Of a stretch of 64,000 nt of DNA, positions 1 through 11,853 are shown one piece after another. Below the pieces are notes generated by a model, which saw only the letters and a list, made by a program, of their open reading frames with translations, did not search any database and was not told the origin of the DNA. The position numbers and the translations under genes were made by a program. The stretch covers positions 102,798,001-102,862,000 of the forward strand of contig NC_045696.1 of the NCBI RefSeq assembly GCF_009834535.1, read 5' to 3'. Source of the DNA: Camelus ferus. Its lineage: Eukaryota. The stretch's first letter is position 1, and every line of letters starts with the position of its first letter.

Positions 1-930
1 TGTCATATGAATGATTAATAAGTACCTGAAAAACTGTTCAGTATCATTAGTTAACAAAGGAATGCAAATTAGAATGACAGTGCGATACCATTACACACCC
101 GCCAGGTTGGCTAAAAAACCCGACAGCGCTAAATGGTAGCAGGCAAAGTGCTCATCCCTTGAGAGACAGAAAATGCTACAACCACGTGGGGAAAAATTTT
201 GGTAGTTTCCTATGAAGTTAAACATCTACATCTACCCTTGGCCCAGCAGTTGCATTCCTGGATATTTATGCAAGAGAAATGAAAATACATGTCCACAAAG
301 AGATTTGTACAGAAATGTTCAGAGCAGCTTCATTCACAGTAGCCCAGACTGGAAACCAAAGGCATATCACTGGGAGAATGGGTGAGCAACTCACGGTCCC
401 CATACCCTGGAATACTGCTCAGCAACGTCAAGGAACAGACCACTGATACGCACAGCAACATGAATGAATCTCAGACGTTGTGTTAATAAGCAAGAGAAGT
501 CAGGCACAGAAGAGCACACACTTTAATTCCATTTATATGAAGCTCTAGAATAAAACTCCTCTAAGGAGAAATTTTTCAGGAAAGTGGTATGGAGCGCCAG
601 CAGATGGACCAGCGAGGGATACAGAAATTTTGTGGGAAATGGATTCTGTTATCGTTGGAGTGTGGCTCACACGTGTGTATCCATTTTTCAGATTTTCACA
701 ACTAAGATTTGTGCACTTCAAAGTATTGAATTTACCTCCCCCAAACCTATAAAGTAATAATAATAGTAATAATAATGCAGGTGGTGGGCACTGGGTAGTG
801 ATATTGATATAAAGAATAGTAGAATAGTGATAATTGTTGAAATTGGGTGATAAACACTTAGAGATTTGTTATATTGTTACGTTTACTTTGGTATATGCTT
901 GAAATTTTCCATGAATAAAAAGTGAGAGAA
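1..930 (+). mobile_element. Old LINE-1 (L1M-type) 3' fragment
   Basis: Degenerate L1 ORF2-end/3'UTR motifs (aatgcaaatt...gataccattacacaccc, cccagcagttgcattcctgg, catgaatgaatctc, ttccatttatatgaag), ending near aataaaaa at ~915. Confidence 0.75.
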
Positions 931-2071
931 ATTCCAACCTTATAATACATTGTCTTAAATTTAGAGCTTTAAGAATGATTTGCTTCTGTGTCAAATATTT
1001 TATTAAAGTATATTAATTTCTTTCAGTTTTTCTTTTCTTTATTGGTTAAATCCAAGTAAAATTTAATGTGAAACCTGGGTTAAAATATCTTTCTAAAATT
1101 ATTTCTGTCAATCTTTTAGGAAATACACGTAGAGGTATCTGAAATGAGATTTTTCAAATATTAATTGTGGTTAGTTTTAGGTGGTGAGATCTGAGGTAAT
1201 CTTACTCCAAGTTTAAATTTTTTTTTCACCAATGAAGAAGCAGTCTTAGTAGGAGTCTAGATGTGTCCAGGAATTGCAGTTCAGCTCCAGAGAAGAGAGG
1301 CTATGCAGGAGTCTGGCACTGCAGAATATTCTCTTCAAAACCAGGTGTGACACTAAACCTGCATCTTCGTATCTTAACAGAAATAGCACTGAGTTCAGCT
1401 CTGGTGCAACTTCGGGAAGCTCCTAGTGAAGTAATGAGACTTGTCATAAAGGGAGAGCCCCTGGCACTGCTGATTCTGAGCTCTGCGTGAACTCTGGGCT
1501 TGGGAGAGAGAGGGGAAGGGTTGGGAGAGGTTCTCACCTCCCTCACAGGATCTCAGTGAGCAGGTGGACTGAGGGATGCTGGCTGAAGATACAGCGCCCG
1601 GCGGGCTCTGGCGTGCCGCGGAGGGCCTGGCAGTCTGCTGTGAGGGCACCCGTCCCTGAGGCCCCGGGGAGAGGCCCTTTCCACTTCTGTTCTGATCTCA
1701 TTCAGAACAGAGCTGCCAGTGCCCAGCGCCCAGGCCAGGGTGGTGGCTGTGAGGAAGAGCGCTCCCTCCCGCCTCCCCGCCATGACTCCTGTACCCATTA
1801 GTCTAGGACACTTTCCTGGAGCAGTCACCTTCTCAGAGCAAGAGAGAGAGCTTGCCAGTACAGGCCCCATCTAGAAACCACTCCCACCTTCTTAAGGCTT
1901 TTCTGTATTGCTGGAAATGGATAAACACATATTATTTTTACAAACAAAACTTTTCTTAAAAATTGTTGAAGATATATGAAAAGCTTTCTAGTAATGAGAG
2001 CTGTCTGTAACAACTAATTCAAATTTTATCCATGGACATGACTTTAGCCTTATTGATAAATACCCCTGCCT

Positions 2072-3040
2072 CGCCTCGAAGATGGCAGTGCTCAGGTTGT
2101 CTGCTGTTACCAGAAGAGGCCTCACGTAGATAGCCTTAGGGGCATCACGCAGAGAATCCTGGTCTCAATTCAGAAAAGAAACAGCCAGTGGTCGCTGAGA
2201 CAGTAGAAGAGGTGAAGAAAGAACCTATCCTGGTGTGTCCACCCTTACGAAGCCGAGCACACATACCACCTGAAGATCTCCAGAGTCGTTTGGAATCTCA
2301 CGTTAAAGAAGTTCTTGGCTCATCTGTTCCCTGCAGTTGGCAGGACATCTCCCTGGACGATGTTCATCTGAAGTTCCGTTTCTTGGCACATGTGGCTGAT
2401 GACTTGGGCCATGCAGTGCCTAACTCCAGGCTTCACCTGATGTGCAGGGTCAGAGATGTTCTTGATTTCTATTATGTTCCTGTTCAGGATGGATCTAAAT
2501 TTGATGAACTTATTGCCAGTAATCTGCCTCCCAATTTAAAAATCACTTGCGGTTACTGAGTAGTTCCGAAGAGGAACAAACACATTGGAATCATTTTTTT
2601 TCCCTGAAAAGGGAGCTGTTTATCAGACTGTTTGATACTTTTCCATGTGAAATGCTGTCAGAACTGTTCTCTAAACCCACCTTTTTTGTGGAAGAATGTA
2701 TTATCTTTTTTTTTTATCATCATGAATTGAAAAATAGCAGGATTTTCTCTTTTTGCATTTGCTGAAACTTTTTTTTAATGGAACCAGATTATTAATAATT
2801 TATGGAAATACTCTTTTCTGGAAGACACCATAATTAATTTGGGTTTAACATATAAGGCTGTTACATTTCAGATTGTTCTTTTGTTGTTGTTGTCGAGGTG
2901 TGGTCAGTTTGCAATGTTGTGTCGGTTTCTGGTGTATGAGTCACACGTGAATATACATATATTCTTTTTCATATCTCTTTTCACCATAAGCTACTACGAG
3001 ATGTTGAATATATTTCCCTGTGCTGAACAGTAAGAAAAAA
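2072..3040 (+). pseudogene. MRPL50: MRPL50 processed pseudogene in PCOLCE2 intron 3
   Basis: ATG at 2082, TAG at codon 16, frameshift near 2181, then [17 protein letters not shown]...PNSRLH...NLPPNLKIT to TGA 2559. Intronless, followed by 3'UTR and an A-run, with a 14-bp TSD aaatacccctgcct (2058-2071, 3041-3054). Confidence 0.93.
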
Positions 3041-3284
3041 AAATACCCCTGCCTTGAGAGTTCTTAAAATCTATGTAATTAGTTGAGCCTGTGTGATTTC
3101 TGAATGGGCACATGCCCAAATGTTTTGTCTCATCCAAAAAAAAAAAAAAAAAAAGGGAAAAAGAGAAGAAACCATGGCCCTGATTTTATTCCTTCACTCT
3201 CTTGTGCTGATATAATGTCAAGTAACCTAGAGGTCAGCCTGTGTGTGTGTGTGTGTATAGAGGAGACTATATAACATTTTGGGG

Positions 3285-3430
3285 TATTTATTTATTTATT
3301 TATTTAGGAGGGGGAGGTAATTAGGTTTATTTATTTATTTACGTTTAGAGGGGGCCTTGGGGATTGAACCCAGGACCTCATGTATGCCAAGCATATGCTC
3401 TACCACTTGAGCTATACCCTGCCCACCCCC
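3285..3430 (-). mobile_element. tRNA-derived SINE (camelid Vic-1-like)
   Basis: Reverse complement has A box (tatagctcaagtggtagagc), B box (gggttcaatccc) and (AAAT)n/cctaattacctcccc tail; same family as 13400 and 33163. Confidence 0.85.
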
Positions 3431-3581
3431 TGTAACCATTTTTTAAAGAGAAAATTTAAGAGCTCCTGTCCTTTATTTACTATACTGTCAATATTTCAAA
3501 TCCATAATTTCCACATGGTTGCATTGCTATAAACTTGGATGTATTTTTTCACTTTTAATAAACTTTTTTTTTTAACTTCAG

Positions 3582-3706
3582 GGGATCAGTACTGTGGAGG
3601 ACTCCTTGAAAGACCTTCCGGCTCTTTTAATACCCCCAACTGGCCAGACCGTGATTACCCTGCAGGAGTCACTTGTGTGTGGCACATTGTAGCCCCAAAG
3701 AATCAG
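3582..3706 (+). CDS. PCOLCE2: PCOLCE2 exon 4 (start of CUB2), 125 nt
   Basis: ttcag|GG GAT CAG...AAT CAG|gtgag; encodes [42 protein letters not shown]. Confidence 0.97.
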
Positions 3707-6473
3707 GTGAGATTCCCTGAAAGTATGAAGGAGGCCCACCTGTGTGAATTGCCCAGACTGTGTGAGGGGCCCAACTCTCAAGAGCCCAGGATGCAGGGCG
3801 AGGAGGGGCCCTGCTGGGCACAGTACTCCTTCATGCAAAGACCCAGGGTAAATTGCCTTTTCACTATTTGACTGGCAAAGTCATGGGTTTAATTCACTAT
3901 TAGAGAATTACACTTTTCAAAACAGGTTTTGAAATGCAAATGGTAGACAAATCCCATGTGAGATCGTTTAAGCCCGTGGAAGATGTAAGCGTGGGGTCAT
4001 AAGCAGCAGTGACTGACTGAGGGAGGAAAACACATCCCCAAGTTCATGTCCACTTCAGGTTGCCATCTGCTCACAGAGCACACCCTTCGGGTCCTGATAA
4101 GCGCCATTCTAGCCACCGAAACAAAAACGGTCTGAATGCTCCACTTCGACAAAGCCAATGCAAGCACACCACGTCATCTTTTCTAAGAACAAGGTGTTTG
4201 ATGTGAAAGCTGGTCTGCTCTGTGGTGTTTGTTTATCTTGGTTGTTGTTTAAAATAAAATTTGTGCAGGTTCCCACAAATAACTTTATTCATTACTCTAA
4301 ACCAATCAACAGAGAAGGTCTAGTTTTCCAGTGTTTATTGGTTTGTGGTTCTATGAATTCTTACCCTTTCTGGGGACCGCTTTCAGATATCAATTGCAGA
4401 GCAGAACTTAGCGTGGGAATAGACCAAGCCTATGTTGTGGGATTTTGAAAATAGCTTTTAAAAAATTGTTATTCTTACAAACATTACAGACTTTAATCTA
4501 AACACTATACTGTGAGCAGGATGATGTTGTTAAAAAAAAAAAAAAAACAACTTTTCCAAACTGATCTTTTGTATTGCTTACACAAATACTATCTGCCATA
4601 TATTCATTTTTTAATGGAAAGTTATTCAGGCAAATATACCATGCAAGTTAGTAATTTGAGCACATACAGACACTTTGATTATAATCCCAAAACTCAGTTT
4701 TATTTTTAAGAAAAAAATATGTTCTGTAACTCTATTGAACGTTTTATAGCTTAAAATAGTATTTAAAAAGTTAAATTTCTCAAATACGTAAGCCATGATG
4801 TAATTCTTGAGATGGTATTGATCATTTTTCTCTGTGTCATTTGTGAATATGTTAGATTATATAATTTCAAATTACTGATACTCACAGATTACAATTTAGT
4901 ATCTTTTCCCCACTTTTTTTCTCTTTATTTAAATTTAAATTTGGGTTTTATTTTATTTATGTGATTTTTGGCTTCAGCTGATTGAATTTTTAATCATTGT
5001 TGTAGTATCTGAAATCACTGGAAACTCTGTCCAAAGAAGAAAAATAAAATGAGACAGTTAAGTCTTGAGTAATTTCTCTGTAAATTGATAGGTATTTTCT
5101 TCTCTTAAAGACTTACTTTTTTAAATCATAGCTTTCCCCTTTACCCTGCTATTTATTTACCTATTTTTAGCTTCTCTCCAAAAGTTATGTGACTAATTTC
5201 TAAGTAGAAAAAGTTCAGCCAATTTTTTAATAACCTGGAAAGAATTTTATTACTAGCTGGTGAGAAGTTAGTGGACCCAAAAAGAAAATAGTTTAATATA
5301 ATTTAAAGTGTTGTTAAGTATGAATAAGCTATTATTCACCCATCACTGGCACTGACTTTTTTAAAATGGGTAAATATATGGGTGTGTGGCAGTTATGTTC
5401 AAAGCCAAAATTTGCCTTGGTGTCTCTCTGTGATACTGTTTCTGTTACCATCTTCACTCAGATTATGGTGTCTAAGTCTCTGTTAGCTAATAGCTAATGG
5501 CTGTGTACCTGTCCTAATAGGAATTAATGCCTGTTATCTTCCATAAGCAGTAGGGAGGGTTGCCTGCCCACCTGCCACCCAGCAAGGATGGGGACCAGCT
5601 GTCTGGGTGCCATGGGTATTTATGAACATGGTGAGACTTCCTTTGATTCACACATTGGCTGTACTCTTGAAAAATCTGCTTACAAGGGGAATCAAAACTC
5701 TTAAATCAAAACTTCTTATTGACTCCAGTAATTTAAGACACTAGTGTTGGTACTAGCACAAAAAATTAAGAAATACTTCAGAAACACTGACTTTGTGTAT
5801 CAGTGCTTCTGTGCAGCCTTTTAAAAAATCATGCACATCACCAAGTAGACTGTGCTTGGTGGGCACATTTATCAAACATACTTCCAGAAGACATCAGAGT
5901 CAATTCCCACTTCCCTGAACTTCTGGTCCTAAACAATTTGACTTCTTTACATGTGATGGGAATGTTAGTCTCCTTCCTTCAAAAGGGGACCAACTCTGTC
6001 CACCTGTCTCACCCACCCAGACACACACATAGACACCACACTCCAACACACACTATTTCAGGGGCCATCTTAGATTACTTTTTAGTTTAGTTTTCTTCTA
6101 GAGAAGAATGAAGTTGGTATATAGCCCTCTTCCCCACTCCAACACAAACTCAGTTTAAGTCTTAACATAGATTGTTAGGGTTACATAGTGTTTCTATACT
6201 TTCTTAGCTGTAGGTGAACAGAGTTCCCACGTTTAACACCCTAACTAGGGTGGATCTGGGCTTGAGATGATCTTTTGGAATGTTTAAAAATGAATGCAAA
6301 AGAACACCACAATTTTGTTAACCAAAGAAGTGTGGAAACATAAGAAAAAAATTTTAATCAGGATGGGTAACATTTTCTACAAAGGAAAATCACGGTACCC
6401 TAACAAATGTGGGGAGAGGAATAATTCTGTTCCATGCTGCTTTGACTCTTCTAATGTTGTGCTTTCCCTAAAG

Positions 6474-6610
6474 CTTATAGAATTAATGTTTGAGAAGTTT
6501 GACGTTGAGCGCGACAACTACTGCCGGTACGACTACGTGGCTGTGTTCAACGGCGGCGAAGTCAACGACGCCGAAAGAATCGGGAAGTATTGCGGCGACA
6601 GTCCCCCCGC
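6474..6610 (+). CDS. PCOLCE2: PCOLCE2 exon 5 (CUB2), 137 nt
   Basis: ctaaag|CTT...CCC GC|gtaagt; LIELMFEKFDVERDNYCRYDYVAVFNGGEVNDAERIGKYCGDSPPA. Confidence 0.97.
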
Positions 6611-7569
6611 GTAAGTAGCGCCTGCTTTATTTCATTAGTATTTTAGAGGCTCTGAACTTGTTTCTTGTTAAATTGCCCAACTACATTTTATTTTCTGGAA
6701 GATTTTACGTTGTGGTTCACAAATTCTTGGGTTCCGTGGTGGAGGAGTCCCATAAAGCAGCAGCACAAAGAGGTGCCCCCCCAACCCCCCCCCCCCCCCC
6801 CAAGAAAGCGAGAGACCTCGCGGCCGTGCGGACAGACACAGGCAGGGCTGGAGACGCGCCAGGGCAGGTGCTGAGCCGAGACCTGGGTACCTCGCTGCCC
6901 TGCAGGGGTGAGCTCAAGCATCAGTGGAACGAGGAAAACTCTGAGCGAAAACCAAGGGGCTGAACATTGGAAATTCAGACGAGGAAACCTCGGCGCTTAC
7001 AACAGATCCAGATCAGAGATCTGTCTCGGACGTTTTGGGGCTTTATGCCTCCAAATGGTTGCTCAGATTTGTTGCTGAGTAAGCCTGAAAGGTACTGTGT
7101 ATCAGCAGACTGGTGCCCTGAGCTCTGCCACTTACTTAGCTGTGTGACATTGGGTGAGTTACTTAACTCCTCTCTACTGTATTTTGGTGCAGCACATGAG
7201 TGTTTGGGTGCAAGGTATTTCACACCCTTACATACATTACTAGGAAAAACGGCAAATGAGATGACTACAGTTTGCCATTAGGGTCACCACTGTGCCAGTT
7301 TAAATAGCTTTTCCTACTCTGTTGCTTACACATAATTAGGTTATATGCTTCACTTGATCTTACACAGGTTTCTATGATTTCCTATAGACACATCTGAGTT
7401 AAAGCAGTTTCCAGTTTAAATTCATCTATATTTATTAAGTTTGATAGTATTAAGAATTTTCAATATATACAGATGAGTTACAAATTAAACAGCACTATAA
7501 CCAGATTGGGTTTTGCTGAGGAATGTGTGGAGAAAGGCCCATTTCTGAGCTTCTGGGGGAGGTTGTCCC

Positions 7570-8018
7570 TCTGAGTCTTTTCCTGTCGCCACTGTGACAA
7601 CTTACCATAGACTGAGTGTCTTAGAACAACACCTGTATTCTCTTACAGTTCCGGGAGTCAGAAGCTGAAATCAGTTTCACTGGGCTCCAGGGTCAGCAGG
7701 GCAGTTTCCTTCTGGAAGCTCTAAGAGTCCGTTCCCTTGCCTTTTTTCAGGTCTTAGAGGTGGTGGCTCCTCCCTCCCTCCATCTACCTTTGAAGCCCAT
7801 TACTCCTGTCTCTGCTTCTGTCATCACATGACTGTCCTGTAGTCAGACTTCCCTCTTCTAAGGACACGTGTGATTACATTTAGGGCGCACCTGGATAATC
7901 CAGGGTCCTCTCCCCTTCTCGGGATCCTGAACTTAATCACATCTGCAGAGTCCCTTTGCGTATAAGGTAACATATTCACGGTCTGGACATCTTTGGGGCT
8001 GTTACTCAGCCGACCACA
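7570..8018. mobile_element. MaLR (MLT1-type) solo LTR
   Basis: Typical MLT1 motifs: tctcttacagttcc, aaggacacgtgtgattacatttagggc, cttaatcacatctgcagagtccctttg, terminal gaccaca. Confidence 0.75.
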
Positions 8019-8329
8019 CCCTCCTTTATTCAGAGCCAGTCTTTTCATCTCCATCTTCCTCCTGACCTCCTCCTTTAATCCCTTAAAACTTCCCTCCCGC
8101 CAGTAACCGTCCTCATTTTCTCCGTCTTCACCCTCTGCCTCCCTTTTTTGTTCCTTCCTCATATAAACTTAAGTTCTCCCAAGTTAAAAAAGTCACTCTC
8201 TCGGCTTTGTCCTGCTGTAGCTTTTTCTGCCATGTCTCTCCTCTTCATATCCAAGTATTTTCTTGAACTAATTTCAAGTGTTATTTTTTAGCAGTATAGA
8301 CAATAAAATATTCTTTTAAGAAATCTTTA

Positions 8330-8910
8330 AAAATTAATAAGGAAAAGACAACAACTCAATAGAAAAAATGGGCAAAAGACATGAAAAGGCATTCCCTAAA
8401 GATGAAAGCTGTACAGTGAATAAATCTTTGAGGAGAGTATAAACTGGCACGGTCACTTGGGAAGTCAGTTTGGCAACGTCTAATGAAATTGAAAATGAGC
8501 TTATACCCCTGACCTTGTGGAGAGTGTCAGCCCTACCCTCCTGGTGTGTCCACCGAAGGCACTTTTGTCCATGTGCGTCACAAGGCATATGCAAGACTGT
8601 TCTTATCAATATTGTTTGTAACGGGGGGGGGGAGAGGAAACAGCCCAGTGTTTGTCAACAGGAGGGCAGTTAAATTCTGCTGTAGTTCGCACTGTGCAGC
8701 AGTGAGCACAGTGGATGAATCTCAACAGTTATAAATTGAGGGTGAAAAAAGTAACAGAAAAATACACACCATACCCTTCCATTTATATGCAGTTTAAAAG
8801 CATGCAGACCTATAGAATACATTGTTTAATGATGCATCTGTATTGGTAAATCCATAGATAAATGAAGAGAAAGAAAAGCACAAAACTCAGGGTAGTGGTT
8901 GCCTCCACAA
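8330..8910 (+). mobile_element. Old L1 (L1ME-like) fragment
   Basis: caactcaatagaaaaaatgggcaaaagacatgaa and ttccatttatatgcagtttaaaa L1 motifs. Confidence 0.65.
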
Positions 8911-11309
8911 AGGTGGGTGGGGGCAGGGGAGGGGCCGTTGAGCATCGCTGGCTTCTGAGAAGTTTGCCTGGAGCCACTGGACTGCCAGCCCACCAACTGA
9001 CACTTCTGCGAGAGGGATATTTTTGCATGGTCAGAGTACTTCTGGGGTGGGGCAGTGCAGAAGATGAGAAAACCATCTGGGAAGCTTTTCCCCTGCTAAA
9101 AGTGTGACTGCTTTTAACTGGAGTAGTGTTATGATTGGTGGGACATCACTATCCCTGTGTCTGGTTCAATGCAGTATCCATACCATTGGATTCAGGTCAG
9201 AAATGTTTACTACAGTCCAGCCGTGTGGTGGACACTATGTTAGGTACCTGGAATTCAGAGATAAATAAAAGATGCAAAGGTAAGTAGTGAGAGGGACTGG
9301 AACAAGGCAGTTGCTTATTATACGTAATTTATAGGTGGATTGGCAAAGGAATTGTCCTGGGTGAATTTCTGACAAGGACCTTTTGGTCCAGTTGGGGCAA
9401 GTGGCGGGGAGTTCAAGGGAGGTTTTGGGGAGGAAATTGTTCCTCTGGAAGCCAGATCTTGAAGGCAGAGTTGGAGTGAGTCAGAGACAGAACGGTGGCC
9501 AGACTCATTCAAAGCAGAGGGGGCTCCATTAGTAAAGATGCACAGGGGAGATATGTGCTATGCTGGAGCCCACACCTTACGTGGGGGCCGAGACAGAGAG
9601 GAGGCTGAGGATTGAGCTGGGTTCCATGCCCTGCAGACATGAGAGCCCTCTACATGCAGTTAGGGGAAGTGGGAGGACCAGTGCCTCTGGAGCCCCCGTC
9701 CTAGACAAGATGAGCAAGTGGCTGATGAGGAGGCTATGGCAGTGGTCCCGGTAAAGCTGAGAAGGTGGGGGGGAGGGTTGATAGAGATGAAGAGGAGGAG
9801 GTGGGTCAAGGGATACTTAGGAGGCAAAATTGGCAGGACATGGTGGTTGGTTAGCTGCGGTGATTGAAGAAGGGGAGATTGTGGGATGACAGAGCAGACA
9901 AGTGACATGGATTCTGTACGACATGAAACAGTATCCTCCATCCACTCCTGGGATTGGCCCGTGGGGAGTGGGTCCAAGTGCGATGTCCTCTTGCCTTTCT
10001 AGGGATTTGTAACATTAATTTGCAGATGCAACACTTGGCCCGTGGGACATTTATGACACTGCAATTCTGTCACATTCATAAGAAGGCTCAGTAGCAGCAT
10101 AACAAAAATGTGTCTTTGTTACTAAAATAATCTTCTTGAGAAAATTCAGCTCCCAATATAGTGCTTCCAAGATTAGTTCATAGAAGAGGCAGTGAATGGT
10201 CACTATAATTAGAGCATCGTGCCTAGAATGCTGACCTGGTGGGATCTTAAGGTTTTCTTTGCTGTTTATATAGTAAGTGCTTTTTGTAATTTTATCATCT
10301 AAACAGGATTAACGTATCTTGTTTGTAATTGTAGCTGAGAACTGTGTTTCATGTACACTGTATGTTTTTAATGGAATGTGTTTTCCAAAGCAAGATAAAA
10401 AATTTCTGCTAAAGGCTTGATTCTCAAGAGCATTATTTAAATGACCTTGGTCACTTTTGTGACTGGAACTCTAAAGGCAGGTGGCAAAGCTTGCCCTTGG
10501 GCTTGTCTCATCCCTTGGCTTGGAAGGCAGTAACCTCCAGGACAGAAAATATCCTGCAGTTTTTCTAACTGGTTGGGTCAAGTCCAGCTCTCCCTTCCTC
10601 CCCACCTGCCCCACTCACGATAGCTGATAGGTGGGGGTAAAGAGAGGCACCTCATTATTTCCTGTCCATGATGGCTAAGAAGTGGTTTGGCTGAGAAGAC
10701 GCCTGAGAAAAGGAGTTTAATCAAACCACCAATTAACTCAATTAAATACTTTAATTTTTTTCCACAGCTGAATTAAATAGAATCAGCCAAACAGCATTTT
10801 AAGCCATTGTTTAAATAATAATAGCAAAAGATAAAGTGAAGCCACTGTCTTGTATAACACAGTAATCCCCGAAGATTTAAAGAGCTTCAGAGCCTTGGTG
10901 ATTATCACCACTAAGTCTTTAGTACCCACTAACCAGCACGCTCCTAAAATGGCTTTAAAATTAGAATCCTTAATGATGTTGTTCACGACCACGGCATTTT
11001 GCTACCCAGATTATAAACAGAAATGTGTCCATTTCAGGCACGCAGAAGAACTCTCATTAAAATGAAAGTCCCATTAAATCGTGCATGGCTTTCTCCTCCC
11101 CAGGTGACCAGCCCACTGAGATGATCCCTTTGTGGGGGAATTTGTTCGTCAGATTTCTCCACCTGACTCTCCATGGCCAGTGACCTTAGCTCCCAGCCAG
11201 CTTGAACTCAGTCTTAGTTCAAAGAAGCTGTGCGGCTCCCGAGTCAGGCCAGACCCTGTGGTGCTTGTGCCGACCCAGCCGCAGCTTCAGTGTTTACAGT
11301 GGTCCCAGT

Positions 11310-11525
11310 GTCTCCCAGTCTCTAGAGTCACCTTGTCCTGGGTTCGAATCCTGACTCCCCCACATACTAGTGGAGGACCTTGGGCAAATCACTTGGGCTC
11401 TCCCATCTTTATTGCCTGTTTCATAAAGGGGATAGCAGCAGGACTGTTGTGAAGACAGAATTCAGGTCTGCATAAAGGACAGTGCCTGAGTGAGCAAACG
11501 TTCAGTAAATGTCAGCTATTAGCAT
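11310..11525 (+). mobile_element. MIR SINE
   Basis: ctgggttcgaatcctgactc...ccttgggcaaatcactt...cagtaaatgtcagctatta. Confidence 0.7.
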
Positions 11526-11698
11526 TAATAGTCAGCGCATCAAGACCATCACCTTTTTAAGTATTTTTAGCTTTTAAGTTTAAACAAAGAATAATCTATT
11601 GTCAGAAACTGATGGAAAGTTAGGAAACATTTCAAGAGAGATGCCATTTAACATTTAAATATATATATGTATATATTTTAACTTTTTTTTTCTTCTAG

Positions 11699-11853
11699 GC
11701 CAATTGTATCTGAGAGAAATGAACTTCTCATTCAGTTTTTATCAGACTTAAGTTTAACTGCAGATGGATTCATCGGTCACTACAAATTCAGGCCAAAAAA
11801 ACTGCCGACAACTACCATACCCCCTGTTACCACCACCTTCCCTGCAACTACAA
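11699..11853 (+). CDS. PCOLCE2: PCOLCE2 exon 6 (end of CUB2 plus Thr/Pro linker), 155 nt
   Basis: ttctag|G CCA ATT...ACA A|gtaagt; PIVSERNELLIQFLSDLSLTADGFIGHYKFRPKKLPTTTIPPVTTTFPATT (not in the supplied ORF track). Confidence 0.97.

Noticed and set aside
2188..2559. 123-aa ORF as a functional MRPL50 gene
   Set aside because: It begins at GTG downstream of a premature TAG and a frameshift, lacks the N-terminal targeting segment, and is intronless with a TSD: a processed pseudogene.
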